A stretch of DNA of 64,000 nt from a virus. The translations under genes and the position numbers were made by a program. The stretch is taken from the IMG/VR virus record IMGVR_UViG_3300028840_003851; one strand, 5' to 3'. Position 1 is the first letter of the stretch. Each line of letters starts with the position of its first letter. The notes under the pieces were generated by a model that saw only the letters and a program-made list of their open reading frames with translations, was not told where the DNA came from and ran no database searches. Shown in pieces: positions 35,501 through 43,909 of this stretch.

Positions 35501-35641
35501 GACGAACACCCCGGCAGCGGCATTCTGAATGTCGCTAAAGGTTACCGACAGCTCCCGATTGCCCCGTACTCCTACAGGTCTCCTGATGCTGCTTTGTACA
35601 AGCTTCTCAACGGCGTCTTGTACCTCTTCCGGGGTGTACAT
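32576..35641 (-). CDS. Large structural protein (1021 aa): helical N- and C-termini, beta-rich core
   Basis: Composition and segment motifs resemble the insertions in the baseplate J-like protein; exact function unknown. Confidence 0.6.
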   Translation of the reverse strand: MYTPEEVQDAVEKLVQSSIRRPVGVRGNRELSVTFSDIQNAAAGVFVTSPTAPYYVVLLGANRLYSAISSVLSSIEELLQAVTATGRRSLPIDNLSSLFNASTALYALETAASNRDTSFSSIEDVPAYIRFKANTDRFLEDTGGNIRLNGEAVQTPEEARVRIPALISSLKSAYEEVVEGMQYLSASIDDFSSLQLASSLTSSIIANARSVIGTAAEEMDALGKEGRLERLKDVTLDVLAARAVVRGFGSLPAVSSFVNIEGDSQPYADNDHLALPASKTADEHGPYPVVPGETQLDVQLESDTSLTTTLSIPGSFVAQISGALSETYNVTAPDDVIRIEVTGVVPVDVTLNVAPASSAYAQVEAINSACVATWGANPYVEAEVYYYPSRWTGEVTIVADGVFPGIDRIAADASVDFAALGVTAGTDVLVVRTGSNKRYTYAIINVIGNVLWAVITNGGPTVTDTDVRIDIGPYPGLVRLFIPEPHYSNALEFNWYIRLPTDDGAGTDYTTALTSIGFYPEMVAYSRPITALEIAEEVNKTPAVAPRNNTRIVLDTEFSADIYTGKGRTSTTSSLTYILYKVRGNADVSTVGAVTTVTLANVADSGVSIGDVLVLREAADSADVNKFGPVTGISDTYVEVTFSAPPTDVSDVLVEIGPSFLPPNNCILRVSEGSLADGEYRVVRSGVLLGTQIPFELPLENTIPVVTYRGLPVFAENAELGYRSVTFTSTDETTDTRLQITDGDGFYYDSLLNPIPNPSTAMGLFFSSPVDERGTTAYVQIPRTSSEISIGDVFELYLTSPLSPSSSHTIVGLELSRNLIEVDPPVSTDMGVVAMGLDIQIPFARIRRSQGQTFDTFKEQAESWLSLSQNNPVYFQNMYAAVNPLVYSTNPSAVAVGTAYDYINQLYAAALLGMQILESYSCSVVPSVDTLVASFIEKGADRAVDVLLQGRFSTFFGMSTSSVSYSGYMLEQIRDVSRIDLPLRKVRRGVIDKQSILAEYEEQDFEFDISDVEDPTPESPI

Positions 35642-35642
35642 A

Positions 35643-36104
35643 CTACTGCAAGCTCATCCTAAGGTTGTTGCTCAGCGCCTCTCTAAGGAGAGCTATAGCC
35701 CTCATTAACGTGGGGTCCGCGCAGTTTCTAGAACCCTCTATCTTCCTGCAGTCCTCCTCAACCATCCTCATCGTCTCTACGTCCAAGCCCTCAGCTACCC
35801 TGCTGACCTCTTTTTCAAGTATGCTTCTATCGTGCTGAGGCATACTACACAGCTGCTGCAGTATGCGAGCCGTGACCTCTGACGACAGAACAATCATCTC
35901 GTCGTCCGTTACTGCCTTCTTGCGCTCAGGTTTGTACCCAAGAAGGGCTACTCCGACAGAGCCTATGGTCACGGGCATCGAGATGCTTCTACCCTCTATC
36001 TCAAGCTCGTTAAGAGCTTTTGTCAGCTCCTTGCTCATAGTGTCGGCATCTACTGCGTGGCTTCCGCTACGTGCAAAAGGGATTACAACCGCCCTCCACT
36101 TCAT
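35643..36104 (-). CDS. Hypothetical protein (153 aa)
   Basis: SD GGAGG; tightly packed in the operon. Confidence 0.65.
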   Translation of the reverse strand: MKWRAVVIPFARSGSHAVDADTMSKELTKALNELEIEGRSISMPVTIGSVGVALLGYKPERKKAVTDDEMIVLSSEVTARILQQLCSMPQHDRSILEKEVSRVAEGLDVETMRMVEEDCRKIEGSRNCADPTLMRAIALLREALSNNLRMSLQ

Positions 36105-36108
36105 CAGC

Positions 36109-36861
36109 TCACTCTCCTCCTAATGTTGTCGTCGCATAATGAGCCTCGTACTGGCTCATATACACGGTGTCACTCTGGTCAAGAACGTCCAAGGAGACAT
36201 CAACAACCGCGTGCTGCTGAACCTCCTCTCCTCCTCTCTTGCTTTTCTTACTCCTCCTTGTCTCAGCCGGTCTACCTACATGTAGAATAGCAGGAACATT
36301 AAGCTTACGTATACACTCCCTTACATTATCAGGGTCCAGGTCTAACGCCTCACAGATAGCCAAGAAGCTCGTGATTGTGTTTCCGTCAACCTCCCTGGCC
36401 TCCCAATCAGGATGCCCTGGTCCCTCCTTAAATAGCCACTTGTACGCGTCTAGAGCTAGCTCCTTCTTGTCTAGCTTGCTGCTAGTTCTATAGAGAACCC
36501 AGTCGTGCGCAGCCCGCTTAAGAACCTCAACAAGCAAAGCTTTACATCTATGGCAGTTAACCTGTGCCATGCGAGAGCTCGGGTCCCACGGGGACTCAGC
36601 GTACGCATCCTCCTCCTCTTTCTCCTCTTTTGCCTCTTTCCTTGTATCCCTCTTACTCTCCTCCTTCTGGACACACGACGCCCCGTGTATGAGCAACCTA
36701 AGAGCCGCTCTAAGACGGGACACCCTCTCGTCTATAAGCGCGTCTAGGTCAGAGCCGTTGTACAGGTCCTTCAGCCTGTAAAGCAGAAAAAGAGACACTG
36801 TAAGTGTCCCTACTGCAGCAATGATAGCGTCATACTTGCTAGTGTACTGAGATAGCTCCAT
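36109..36861 (-). CDS. Hypothetical protein with an A.KWLF...SFLAICEALDLDPDNVR motif
   Basis: Long ORF; a helical motif seen in phage hypothetical proteins; function unknown. Confidence 0.65.
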   Translation of the reverse strand: MELSQYTSKYDAIIAAVGTLTVSLFLLYRLKDLYNGSDLDALIDERVSRLRAALRLLIHGASCVQKEESKRDTRKEAKEEKEEEDAYAESPWDPSSRMAQVNCHRCKALLVEVLKRAAHDWVLYRTSSKLDKKELALDAYKWLFKEGPGHPDWEAREVDGNTITSFLAICEALDLDPDNVRECIRKLNVPAILHVGRPAETRRSKKSKRGGEEVQQHAVVDVSLDVLDQSDTVYMSQYEAHYATTTLGGE

Positions 36862-37735
36862 CTACAACCTCCACTGGCGTGTCTGGTATGCTGATGACAG
36901 AGGTATCTCTTCGCTCCGCTACTACGCTTGCTTCTCCGGCACCCACGGCGGTAATGACCAGATTATCCCCGGACACTGCAACGGTAGCCACACCGGTATC
37001 TGAGCTGCTCCACAGAACGTCTGCAATAGCCGCCCCATCTAGCTCCCTGCCGTCTGTGGTTACAACCGTAGGGGTGACCTCGATTGAGTCCTCCACGTAC
37101 AAGCTGTACGGTCCGGATGGGTCTAGCGTGACTGTCTTTACTCTCGGGAATAGCAGGTCTGGTAGGTTCACACTGGCTTGGTTCGGGACTGACACAGCTC
37201 TAAGGAGGTCCTCCCTATCTTGAATCATAGCGCAGTAGTTTCCGAAGCGTATGAGGTCTATCTGAGCAAACCCGTTGTCATCTGTTCTTATCGTTTGTCT
37301 CTCTGTTACGACCCCATCTCCGTCTAGCAGGATGGGGTCAAACCTTGCAATGAAATGAATGTCGAGGTTCCTCTTAGGAGAGCCAGACACGTCTCTGAAG
37401 AACCCTGACGCTCGACACAATCTTGGGTCAGAAGCTACAGGTACGGAGAGCACCTCGCAGTAGACGTTGAACACGTTGCTGCTAGGCACAGCCGGGGCGG
37501 GAGGCCCCACGACCTCCATAAGCTGAGGCTGCGTAAACTGTGTGTGCTGCTTGAAGAACCGCAGAGAGTAGCTTTGGGTGCTAAGGAGGAAGCTAGCCTT
37601 CCCGCTCTCGTCCGTCTCTCCCCTAGTGTAGAACAGAGCGCCATCGGTGCTGTACACGTGGACAACCGCACCAGCAATAGGAGCGTTATCTGGGGCGCTA
37701 CTTAGGACGTAAACATCTACAGGCTCATACGACAT
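36839..37735 (-). CDS. Virion protein with transthyretin/carboxypeptidase-regulatory-like domains and a C-terminal Big_2 Ig-like domain
   Basis: PIAGAVVHVY...GETDESGKASF; WSSSDTGVATV.....VITAVGAGEASV (Big_2). Confidence 0.7.
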   Translation of the reverse strand: MSYEPVDVYVLSSAPDNAPIAGAVVHVYSTDGALFYTRGETDESGKASFLLSTQSYSLRFFKQHTQFTQPQLMEVVGPPAPAVPSSNVFNVYCEVLSVPVASDPRLCRASGFFRDVSGSPKRNLDIHFIARFDPILLDGDGVVTERQTIRTDDNGFAQIDLIRFGNYCAMIQDREDLLRAVSVPNQASVNLPDLLFPRVKTVTLDPSGPYSLYVEDSIEVTPTVVTTDGRELDGAAIADVLWSSSDTGVATVAVSGDNLVITAVGAGEASVVAERRDTSVISIPDTPVEVVDGAISVH

Positions 37736-37977
37736 CAGACGTACCTCATAAGAACTGTGTCACCGGCGGCGGGGACGTGCCTAAGCCTAAGCCGCTTCCC
37801 TAGCTTGTCCTCTATCTTGAGGCGCTTCCACCTGCTTATAAGATGTAGCTCCCCAAGGGGCTGTGCGGCTAAGTAGTGCTTAATAGAGAGACCCGTACAC
37901 CGTAGAACGGCGGTGCCCCACACACCCTTGTGCGGGAACACAAACCTAACTAGCCCTGCCTCAGCAGGGTCAATCAC
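37735..37977 (-). CDS. Hypothetical protein (80 aa)
   Basis: Coupled by overlaps at both ends. Confidence 0.55.
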   Translation of the reverse strand: MIDPAEAGLVRFVFPHKGVWGTAVLRCTGLSIKHYLAAQPLGELHLISRWKRLKIEDKLGKRLRLRHVPAAGDTVLMRYV

Positions 37978-39005
37978 AGAGACCGCCTCTCTGCATACAC
38001 GATGTTAGGCACCTGCACCTTGAAAGCGTCATCGCCTGCTCCTACTGTTGGGTCTAGCAGGTTGAACCTCTTTATGCTTGTATCCGCAGGAACGACGATA
38101 TCCCTGGTCAAAGGAGTTCCCTCTATAGCCACGGACACCTTCTGGCCACGAAGCAGCTGAAACTCTACGTGTCCCTCTGCATCCGAGCGCTCGATTAGGT
38201 CGCTACCGACCATCAAACGGTTGTCTACGATGGTGCTCGTGTGCTGCGCGAACACGCGCACCTCGTGACCAACAAGAGGTACTCCCCGGATGTCGATTAG
38301 GTCCAGCTCCCCGATGGCTAGCAGCTCGGAGTCTATCCCTACAACGTTCTCAGGTGAGAACGTATCAGAGAACCTGCTTACAGCCCCCGTCTGCGTGTTT
38401 CGGAACCTAGTTCTATAGAAGTACTCGCTGGACCCTAGGATGTCGATGAACCGGTAGAGCTCCTGACTCTCCACCAAAGGCATCCAGGCATTGTGCCCGA
38501 AGTCCAGGCTCTCTGGCTCCTCGATAGACAGCCCAAGCAAGGAGGCTACCTCGCACTCCAACACACGAAGGGCCGCGCCTGTTCCCACCATGTTGGTCTG
38601 GATGGCTAGCACTCCTAGCTCGTCCACGTAGGCGCTAAGCTTTCCCAGGCTCTTGGATGTAATCTGAGACGCGACGTCTCCCAAGCTAAGGGGGTCTACC
38701 CCCGTAAGCAGAATCTCCAGGTCCTCATCCTCGTTGACACGAAGAGCCAGAGTTTGCCCCGTAACGTAAACAAGCCCACCGGCTACTGGGCTGGTGGGCG
38801 GGTCCTGCGCCGAACGGGGTAGCCTGGCGGACTTGTAAGCCTCGGCCGTGAGCTCCTCAAACATCCCCTGCGCAGTCTCTCTCGAGCGCCAAACCTCGAG
38901 AACATCGAACTGCCCAGAGAAGTCATCCGGAGATGCGATGATATCCAACGTCACGGACTGCGAGTCCGGAGATGCACTAACAGACGCGCCGAGGCTTACA
39001 GCCAT
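37974..39005 (-). CDS. Structural protein (343 aa); C-terminal beta domain resembles that of 36839-37735
   Basis: GELDLIDIRGVPLVGHEVRV...SDAEGHVEFQLLRG parallels GFFRDVSGSPKRNLDIHF...TDDNGFAQIDLIRFG. Confidence 0.6.
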   Translation of the reverse strand: MAVSLGASVSASPDSQSVTLDIIASPDDFSGQFDVLEVWRSRETAQGMFEELTAEAYKSARLPRSAQDPPTSPVAGGLVYVTGQTLALRVNEDEDLEILLTGVDPLSLGDVASQITSKSLGKLSAYVDELGVLAIQTNMVGTGAALRVLECEVASLLGLSIEEPESLDFGHNAWMPLVESQELYRFIDILGSSEYFYRTRFRNTQTGAVSRFSDTFSPENVVGIDSELLAIGELDLIDIRGVPLVGHEVRVFAQHTSTIVDNRLMVGSDLIERSDAEGHVEFQLLRGQKVSVAIEGTPLTRDIVVPADTSIKRFNLLDPTVGAGDDAFKVQVPNIVYAERRSL

Positions 39006-39006
39006 C

Positions 39007-39429
39007 CTACTTCTCCTTAGCTCCTAGACCGGACACCAAACCCATCATCTTTGCCAGGTCCGGTATCTGGTCTTTGCGTACCACCTGTCCAGTTTCCTCC
39101 ATGATGACGTGGGTGTCTAGGTCTATGCCGTGCTCCTTGGCAATCTCCTCCTTCATACGTGCGAGCTCCTCAAGCAGAGCTTTCTTCCTCTCCTCATGCT
39201 GTTGCGCAGCTTGCAGGGCAATCTGATACCTAAGCCCCTCGATGAGAATCTTCTGGTGAAGATTCTGCGCCTGGAGCAGCTCCACCTGGGGGAGCATGGT
39301 GCCCTTAGTAGGTATACCTGCGATGGTAAGCTTCTCTCGCACGGGGCAGTTGCTGCCCTCATCGGCCTTCTTTTTGGCTGCTTCCCGTCCCTCTCCTCTA
39401 TCCCATGCGTCGCATCCCATGTCGCTCAT
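39007..39429 (-). CDS. Coiled-coil hypothetical protein (140 aa)
   Basis: SD GGAG; heptad pattern. Confidence 0.65.
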   Translation of the reverse strand: MSDMGCDAWDRGEGREAAKKKADEGSNCPVREKLTIAGIPTKGTMLPQVELLQAQNLHQKILIEGLRYQIALQAAQQHEERKKALLEELARMKEEIAKEHGIDLDTHVIMEETGQVVRKDQIPDLAKMMGLVSGLGAKEK

Positions 39430-39435
39430 GATTCG

Positions 39436-39645
39436 TTACTCCTCTCTCAGAAAGTCCTCTATCTCGTCAGCCACAAGCGCCGTGGCGCTCGTCACAGTAC
39501 CGTTAGCAAGCCTCTCGGAGCCCGTTCTACCCTGAAGTATCCTCTTGGATAGCGTAACCTTGTCGTCCAGCTCCTGCAGCCTCTTAGCCCTCCATGCCGT
39601 TGTCGCCGCTATCAGCTCCTGAATTCTCTCCGCCTTGGTTGCCAT
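39436..39645 (-). CDS. Hypothetical protein (69 aa)
   Basis: Helical; starts inside the 3' end of rnhB. Confidence 0.6.
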   Translation of the reverse strand: MATKAERIQELIAATTAWRAKRLQELDDKVTLSKRILQGRTGSERLANGTVTSATALVADEIEDFLREE

Positions 39646-40282
39646 CTAGCATCTCCTTTATAGGTCTGTAGCTTCTCCTATGAAGCTTACACACTCCAAG
39701 GCGCTCAAGCGCCTCCTTGTGCATAGGAGTCCCGTACCCAACGTGCTTGCCGAACCCGTATCCAGGATACTCCCCGTCAAGCTCCTTCATGAGAAGGTCG
39801 CGATGAACCTTTGCCATGACGCTAGCCGCAGCTATCGCATGTGACTTTGTATCTCCCTTGGTGATGTAGGTAAAGGACCTATCCGCGTTCCTGGCAGGGT
39901 TACCGTCTACAAGAACTACTGCCTCTCCCAGCTCCTCCAGGCACGCGTACGCGGCCATGTGTATCGCCCCGCACAACGCGTTAGCAGCTCCAAGCCTATC
40001 TAACAGCCATGCAGGTATCTCTACAATCTTACTGAACGTGCACAGCTGCTCCAGCACAGGAAGAACTGACATCCTTCTTTTGTGCGTCTTCAGCCTCTTA
40101 GAGTCTAGTATGTTCTCCTCTCCTAGATGCTCTGGCCACGCCATGTTAAGCGGGTACGCTGCGGCTGCCACCACAAGCGGACCTGCCCACGCTCCGTAAC
40201 CAACCTCGTCTACTCCCACAATGAACCTTTTATTAGCCCTCTTCACGAATGCCGGCACCCACCTTCTCGCTGCTCTTTTCAT
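39584..40282 (-). CDS. rnhB: Ribonuclease HII
   Basis: GVDEVGYGAWAGP, DSK, LVDGN, KGD...IAAASVMAKVHRD, YPGYGF.KH.GYGT..H..AL..LG....HRRSY. Confidence 0.95.
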   Translation of the reverse strand: MKRAARRWVPAFVKRANKRFIVGVDEVGYGAWAGPLVVAAAAYPLNMAWPEHLGEENILDSKRLKTHKRRMSVLPVLEQLCTFSKIVEIPAWLLDRLGAANALCGAIHMAAYACLEELGEAVVLVDGNPARNADRSFTYITKGDTKSHAIAAASVMAKVHRDLLMKELDGEYPGYGFGKHVGYGTPMHKEALERLGVCKLHRRSYRPIKEMLDGNQGGENSGADSGDNGMEG

Positions 40283-40286
40283 AGCT

Positions 40287-40316
40287 AGAAACAGAGACCC
40301 CCTATAGGGGGTCTCT
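40287..40316 (-). terminator. Terminator-like hairpin 4 nt upstream of the rnhB ATG
   Basis: AGAGACCCCC-TATA-GGGGGTCTCT; weak U tract (GTTTCT). Confidence 0.5.
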
Positions 40317-40330
40317 CTACCTACTTTCTA

Positions 40331-40603
40331 CTAGTCCTTCCTTCCTCGGTTTAGGTCCTCCGCCTCTCTACACGATATCTCTGTTTTGAGCTGCTCTATG
40401 ACCTGACACAGCTCCTGAAACAGGGGGGTGTGCGACGTATCGCCTCTGCCAGAGACAAACAGATTACAAGGAGACCAACGGTCTACGCCCATGGCGTCCT
40501 TACCATCAGCTTCCTCTAGTAGATAACGACCGTTATCTACTAGGTTACCCTCCACTACTACAACCCTGAACCGGGCCGTCTGTACTAGAACCTTTCTACT
40601 CAT
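40331..40603 (-). CDS. Hypothetical protein (90 aa)
   Basis: SD GGAGG; overlaps the upstream stop. Confidence 0.65.
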   Translation of the reverse strand: MSRKVLVQTARFRVVVVEGNLVDNGRYLLEEADGKDAMGVDRWSPCNLFVSGRGDTSHTPLFQELCQVIEQLKTEISCREAEDLNRGRKD

Positions 40604-41810
40604 CCTCCACCTTTCCCAGCAGCTTCCCAGCTGCTAGCTGCAGGTCATGTGCCTTCTCCTGTAGCTCGTTCTCAGCCAACCATCCCACGGCATTAGCAAG
40701 CCACCATGCGTTAGCCTGTGGGTCACCGTCATCATCCTTGGATGGCGAAGGGAGCTCTTCCATGGGGGGCCCAGACAAGAGCTCTCTAACCCTCTCCCTC
40801 TCCTCCTTCAGCAGGGTCATAGCCTTAAGCATCTGGTCTGCCTTGTACCACGGTATCCTCTTCTCATGCGCGAACTGTATGAGCTCCAACGTATTCTTTA
40901 TTGACGGGAGACTCAAGGCTCTTGGTACTAGGTCCCGTACCGCCTGACTCTGCGCCTCTACCTCAGCCTTCTTGAACTCCGCGGACGATTCAAGCTCTGT
41001 ACATTGAAGAACAGAGCCGATGTGTCTGCGTGAGTAATCGTGCTCCAAGATAGATGTCGTACCTCCAAGAACAGAGAACGCGACAGTGCTTATAGAGAAA
41101 GCTCCCCTTCCGAAGTCAGAGTTCGTGAAGTTGACACCGATGGCTACAAAGCTCTTATCTACCGGCTCGAACACGTAAGGAAGGCAACAGGTAAGAGAGA
41201 CCTTTAGGTCATCGTAGTAAGCGGCTACGGGGCCAGCTTTTACAGATTTGCAGCTCTCGATAAAAGCCCTTAGAAGAGCTCTTGTGTCGTACGTCACCCC
41301 GAACTTGTCAGATAGGAACGCTCTAATCTCCTCCTTGTCAGCTCCTTTCTCCTTTACCAGGCGCACGAGGAATCTCTTAATCCTCTTTCTGCTCTTACCT
41401 GTGGTGAAGGTCTCATGCTCAAACAGCGTGTTGAGTACATGCGGTACCAGCTCTTGTCTCTCCAACTGACCACTTAGCATCCAGCGAATATCGCGCATGG
41501 ACAGCTTGATGTCCGGCGGGTTGTTGGTCATCTGCTGTAACGCATTCTGATGCAAAATAGCATCGAACGTTTGCTTTGGCTCATCGGGGTTGCAGGCGAC
41601 CAACCTCAGCTCCCCCTTATTTGGCGTAAGCTTCACCCGCAACGTGTGCGGCAGTGGCAGCTTGTTCGTTACAGTCCTGCCGCAGATAACCTCTAGCATC
41701 CTTATCTGCTTAGGGACTCCCTGCTCAACGAAGGAGTGCAACCTCCTCTTCATACTCTCTGCGCGCTTTCCCTCTGCCTCAATCTCTTCGATAGTCGTAA
41801 TCGTGCTCAT
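40596..41810 (-). CDS. DUF932-like protein
   Basis: LSDKFGVTYDT..LL; AIGVNFTNSDFGRGAFSI, resembling the DUF932 NSxxG motif. Start set at ATG 41810, after GGAG. Confidence 0.6.
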   Translation of the reverse strand: MSTITTIEEIEAEGKRAESMKRRLHSFVEQGVPKQIRMLEVICGRTVTNKLPLPHTLRVKLTPNKGELRLVACNPDEPKQTFDAILHQNALQQMTNNPPDIKLSMRDIRWMLSGQLERQELVPHVLNTLFEHETFTTGKSRKRIKRFLVRLVKEKGADKEEIRAFLSDKFGVTYDTRALLRAFIESCKSVKAGPVAAYYDDLKVSLTCCLPYVFEPVDKSFVAIGVNFTNSDFGRGAFSISTVAFSVLGGTTSILEHDYSRRHIGSVLQCTELESSAEFKKAEVEAQSQAVRDLVPRALSLPSIKNTLELIQFAHEKRIPWYKADQMLKAMTLLKEERERVRELLSGPPMEELPSPSKDDDGDPQANAWWLANAVGWLAENELQEKAHDLQLAAGKLLGKVEDE

Positions 41811-41822
41811 CACTTTCTCCAT

Positions 41823-41851
41823 AAAAAAAAAAGGCGCCCGGTGTGGGCGCC
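41823..41851 (-). terminator. Intrinsic terminator after the sigma factor gene
   Basis: GGCGCCC/GGGCGCC stem followed by T10 on the minus strand. Confidence 0.8.
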
Positions 41852-41874
41852 TTTCGTATACGCGTGCCTGCCTA

Positions 41875-42771
41875 TTACGTTTGCTCCTTGATTACTCCTT
41901 GTATCCTCCCTACAGCGCGAGACACTGTAGAGGGACTCACACCTAGCTTCTTCGCTACAGCCCCCTTCGATGGGAGCCTCTTTAGCTTACTGACCTCGAA
42001 GGTACCGTCAGGCTTCTGAACCATCTTGATACCCCTCAATGAGTTGTACACCTCTCGGGTGCGCTGGCTCTGAGCCAGCTCCCTGTCGTACGCCCTCCTC
42101 TCTGCGGGTGACTGCGGCCGGAATGTAGGAGGCTTGAAGAACACATCGTTCTCCGGCTTATCCGGCTGCTGGTCCATCAAGCTGAGAACATCCAGTGGTA
42201 GAGGGCTGTGCTGATGCGCCATCAGCTCTATCGGGTCCTCTGCGAAGGCACTACCCGATATGTCCTTACGGCTGGTGTCCATCCGAAGCTTTCGTACAAT
42301 CTTCTCCGGCTGACCCATGAAGTCCGCCATCTGCGAGTCAGTCGGGGACTCCCCTAGCCTCTCCTGCAGCTGGTTGTGCGCCCTCTGGTACGGTCCGATA
42401 AGGCGGCTACGGTCCGATGGTGTGTACGCAAGATTAGAGTGCAGCTCAATCTTGCGAAGAACCTTCTTGTGGTTCGTGTTGACCCACGTGTTCAGCTCCG
42501 CCTTCCTAGGGTCCCATGTTTTATGGGCGTGCACCGTGGCGTCCAAGAGGTCTAGCCTCAAGGCATCCTTGTTGACCTGCGGGGCGTTCCCCCACATGGA
42601 CAGGTTACGCTGGATAGCCGGGTTGAACCTATCCAGCGACGCGTTCAGAAGCTCCTTCTTCCTTTGCCCCTCCGGCTCCTTGTGCCATTGTTTCCAGGCT
42701 TCAAAGTCCGCCTGGGCGGCGGGCTTAGGAAACGCAATCTTCTCTAGCTCCAGCTCTGAGAGCTTAATCAT
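41875..42771 (-). CDS. Phage-encoded sigma70-family factor (FliA/SigF-like regions 2-4)
   Basis: Region 2 WDPRKAELNTWV; region 3 LQERLGESPTDSQMADFMG; region 4 HTH AVAKKLGVSPSTVSRAV. Confidence 0.8.
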   Translation of the reverse strand: MIKLSELELEKIAFPKPAAQADFEAWKQWHKEPEGQRKKELLNASLDRFNPAIQRNLSMWGNAPQVNKDALRLDLLDATVHAHKTWDPRKAELNTWVNTNHKKVLRKIELHSNLAYTPSDRSRLIGPYQRAHNQLQERLGESPTDSQMADFMGQPEKIVRKLRMDTSRKDISGSAFAEDPIELMAHQHSPLPLDVLSLMDQQPDKPENDVFFKPPTFRPQSPAERRAYDRELAQSQRTREVYNSLRGIKMVQKPDGTFEVSKLKRLPSKGAVAKKLGVSPSTVSRAVGRIQGVIKEQT

Positions 42772-42772
42772 G

Positions 42773-43129
42773 TTACCTCCTGTTACAGAGGAGCTTCACC
42801 GTATCCTGCATGGTCAGCTGAGCGTGCGACACCTTCTTGAAGTGCCCTTTAGGGGAAGGAGGAGCTACAAAAGACCGGCTTAGAACACCGTCTCTGGCGT
42901 CCGCTGCTCTGTCCTTAACATCCGGGCTGTACTGCTCCGGGTCATCCCCATCCCATTCGTCGCCTTCGCCGACCTCTCCAGGGTCCTCTGCATTTACTGC
43001 TTGAGCCCCCTGTACGGTGTCGTCCTCGTTTGTCTCCGGTGGCTTGTCCTGAGCTTCCTTCTTCAAGAAAGCCTCGGCAAAACCTTCTTCAAAACGTTGA
43101 TACGCCGACTTACCTACTACAGTAACCAT
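42773..43129 (-). CDS. Acidic low-complexity protein with a K-x-A motif
   Basis: FAEAFLKKEAQ followed by a D/E/P-rich disordered segment. Confidence 0.6.
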   Translation of the reverse strand: MVTVVGKSAYQRFEEGFAEAFLKKEAQDKPPETNEDDTVQGAQAVNAEDPGEVGEGDEWDGDDPEQYSPDVKDRAADARDGVLSRSFVAPPSPKGHFKKVSHAQLTMQDTVKLLCNRR

Positions 43130-43203
43130 GACTGTAGTCTAGCAGGTGCTGCTCTATAGCACCTAGGCCGGCATCACCCTCTTATTCCACCTTTTTGCTC
43201 CGG

Positions 43204-43863
43204 CTACCAAACCCCACCCACAACGTCCCAGCGGGAGGTGCCTGTCGGGAATACGGTGCTTCCCGCCGTAATGTGGAGCATCACGGATAGGTTGCTCACT
43301 CGTTGCGTTATAGCGACGTCTGACGCACGCTCCACGCCTACAATCTTACGTACGGCCTTCTGCAGGTTGGGACGTACATCCTCGTGGTTGAGCTCCTCTC
43401 GTACCACAGCTGCCGCCTCTGATATGCCTGTAAGCACAGCGGACGCAACCTTAAGCTCCGCGCTCAGCATAGGCAGTATGGCCTGCCCGTCCATATGTAC
43501 TCCCGTAATCTCTATCTCTATCTCCTCCTTCACTCTCTTGGCTGCCTCTATCACTCTGGTCAGCCCCTTCCAAGACATCTCCTCCTGGCGAGCAAGGAGC
43601 ACTAGGCTCTCCTCACTGCGCTGCTCCATGACAAGCTGTGTGTACACCCTTCGCATCGTCTCGACGCAGTACGTGCGGCAAGCCACCTGCACTAGGTAGA
43701 AAGCTCTAAGGCGGGACACCGCAGGAGTACAGGCTTCCTCCTTCGCCTGAGACTCCAAATCTTCCACCTCCTCCCCTAGATGTTCACATAGATACAGACC
43801 TGCATTCTTCTGCAGGTCTCTCCTAACTTCCTTTGCATAGCTACTAAAGATGGGACAGGTCAC
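43204..43863 (-). CDS. Helical hypothetical protein (219 aa)
   Basis: SD AAGGAGG 5 nt before GTG. Confidence 0.7.
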   Translation of the reverse strand: MTCPIFSSYAKEVRRDLQKNAGLYLCEHLGEEVEDLESQAKEEACTPAVSRLRAFYLVQVACRTYCVETMRRVYTQLVMEQRSEESLVLLARQEEMSWKGLTRVIEAAKRVKEEIEIEITGVHMDGQAILPMLSAELKVASAVLTGISEAAAVVREELNHEDVRPNLQKAVRKIVGVERASDVAITQRVSNLSVMLHITAGSTVFPTGTSRWDVVGGVW

Positions 43864-43867
43864 TATG

Positions 43868-43909
43868 TCCTCCTTCCCCCATCTTATAGCGCGTACGCCT
43901 GGAGTTTTT
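43868..43909 (-). promoter_or_regulatory. Putative phage promoter plus RBS
   Basis: Minus strand: AAAAA(43909)...ATAAG(43887), then AAGGAGG. Confidence 0.5.
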
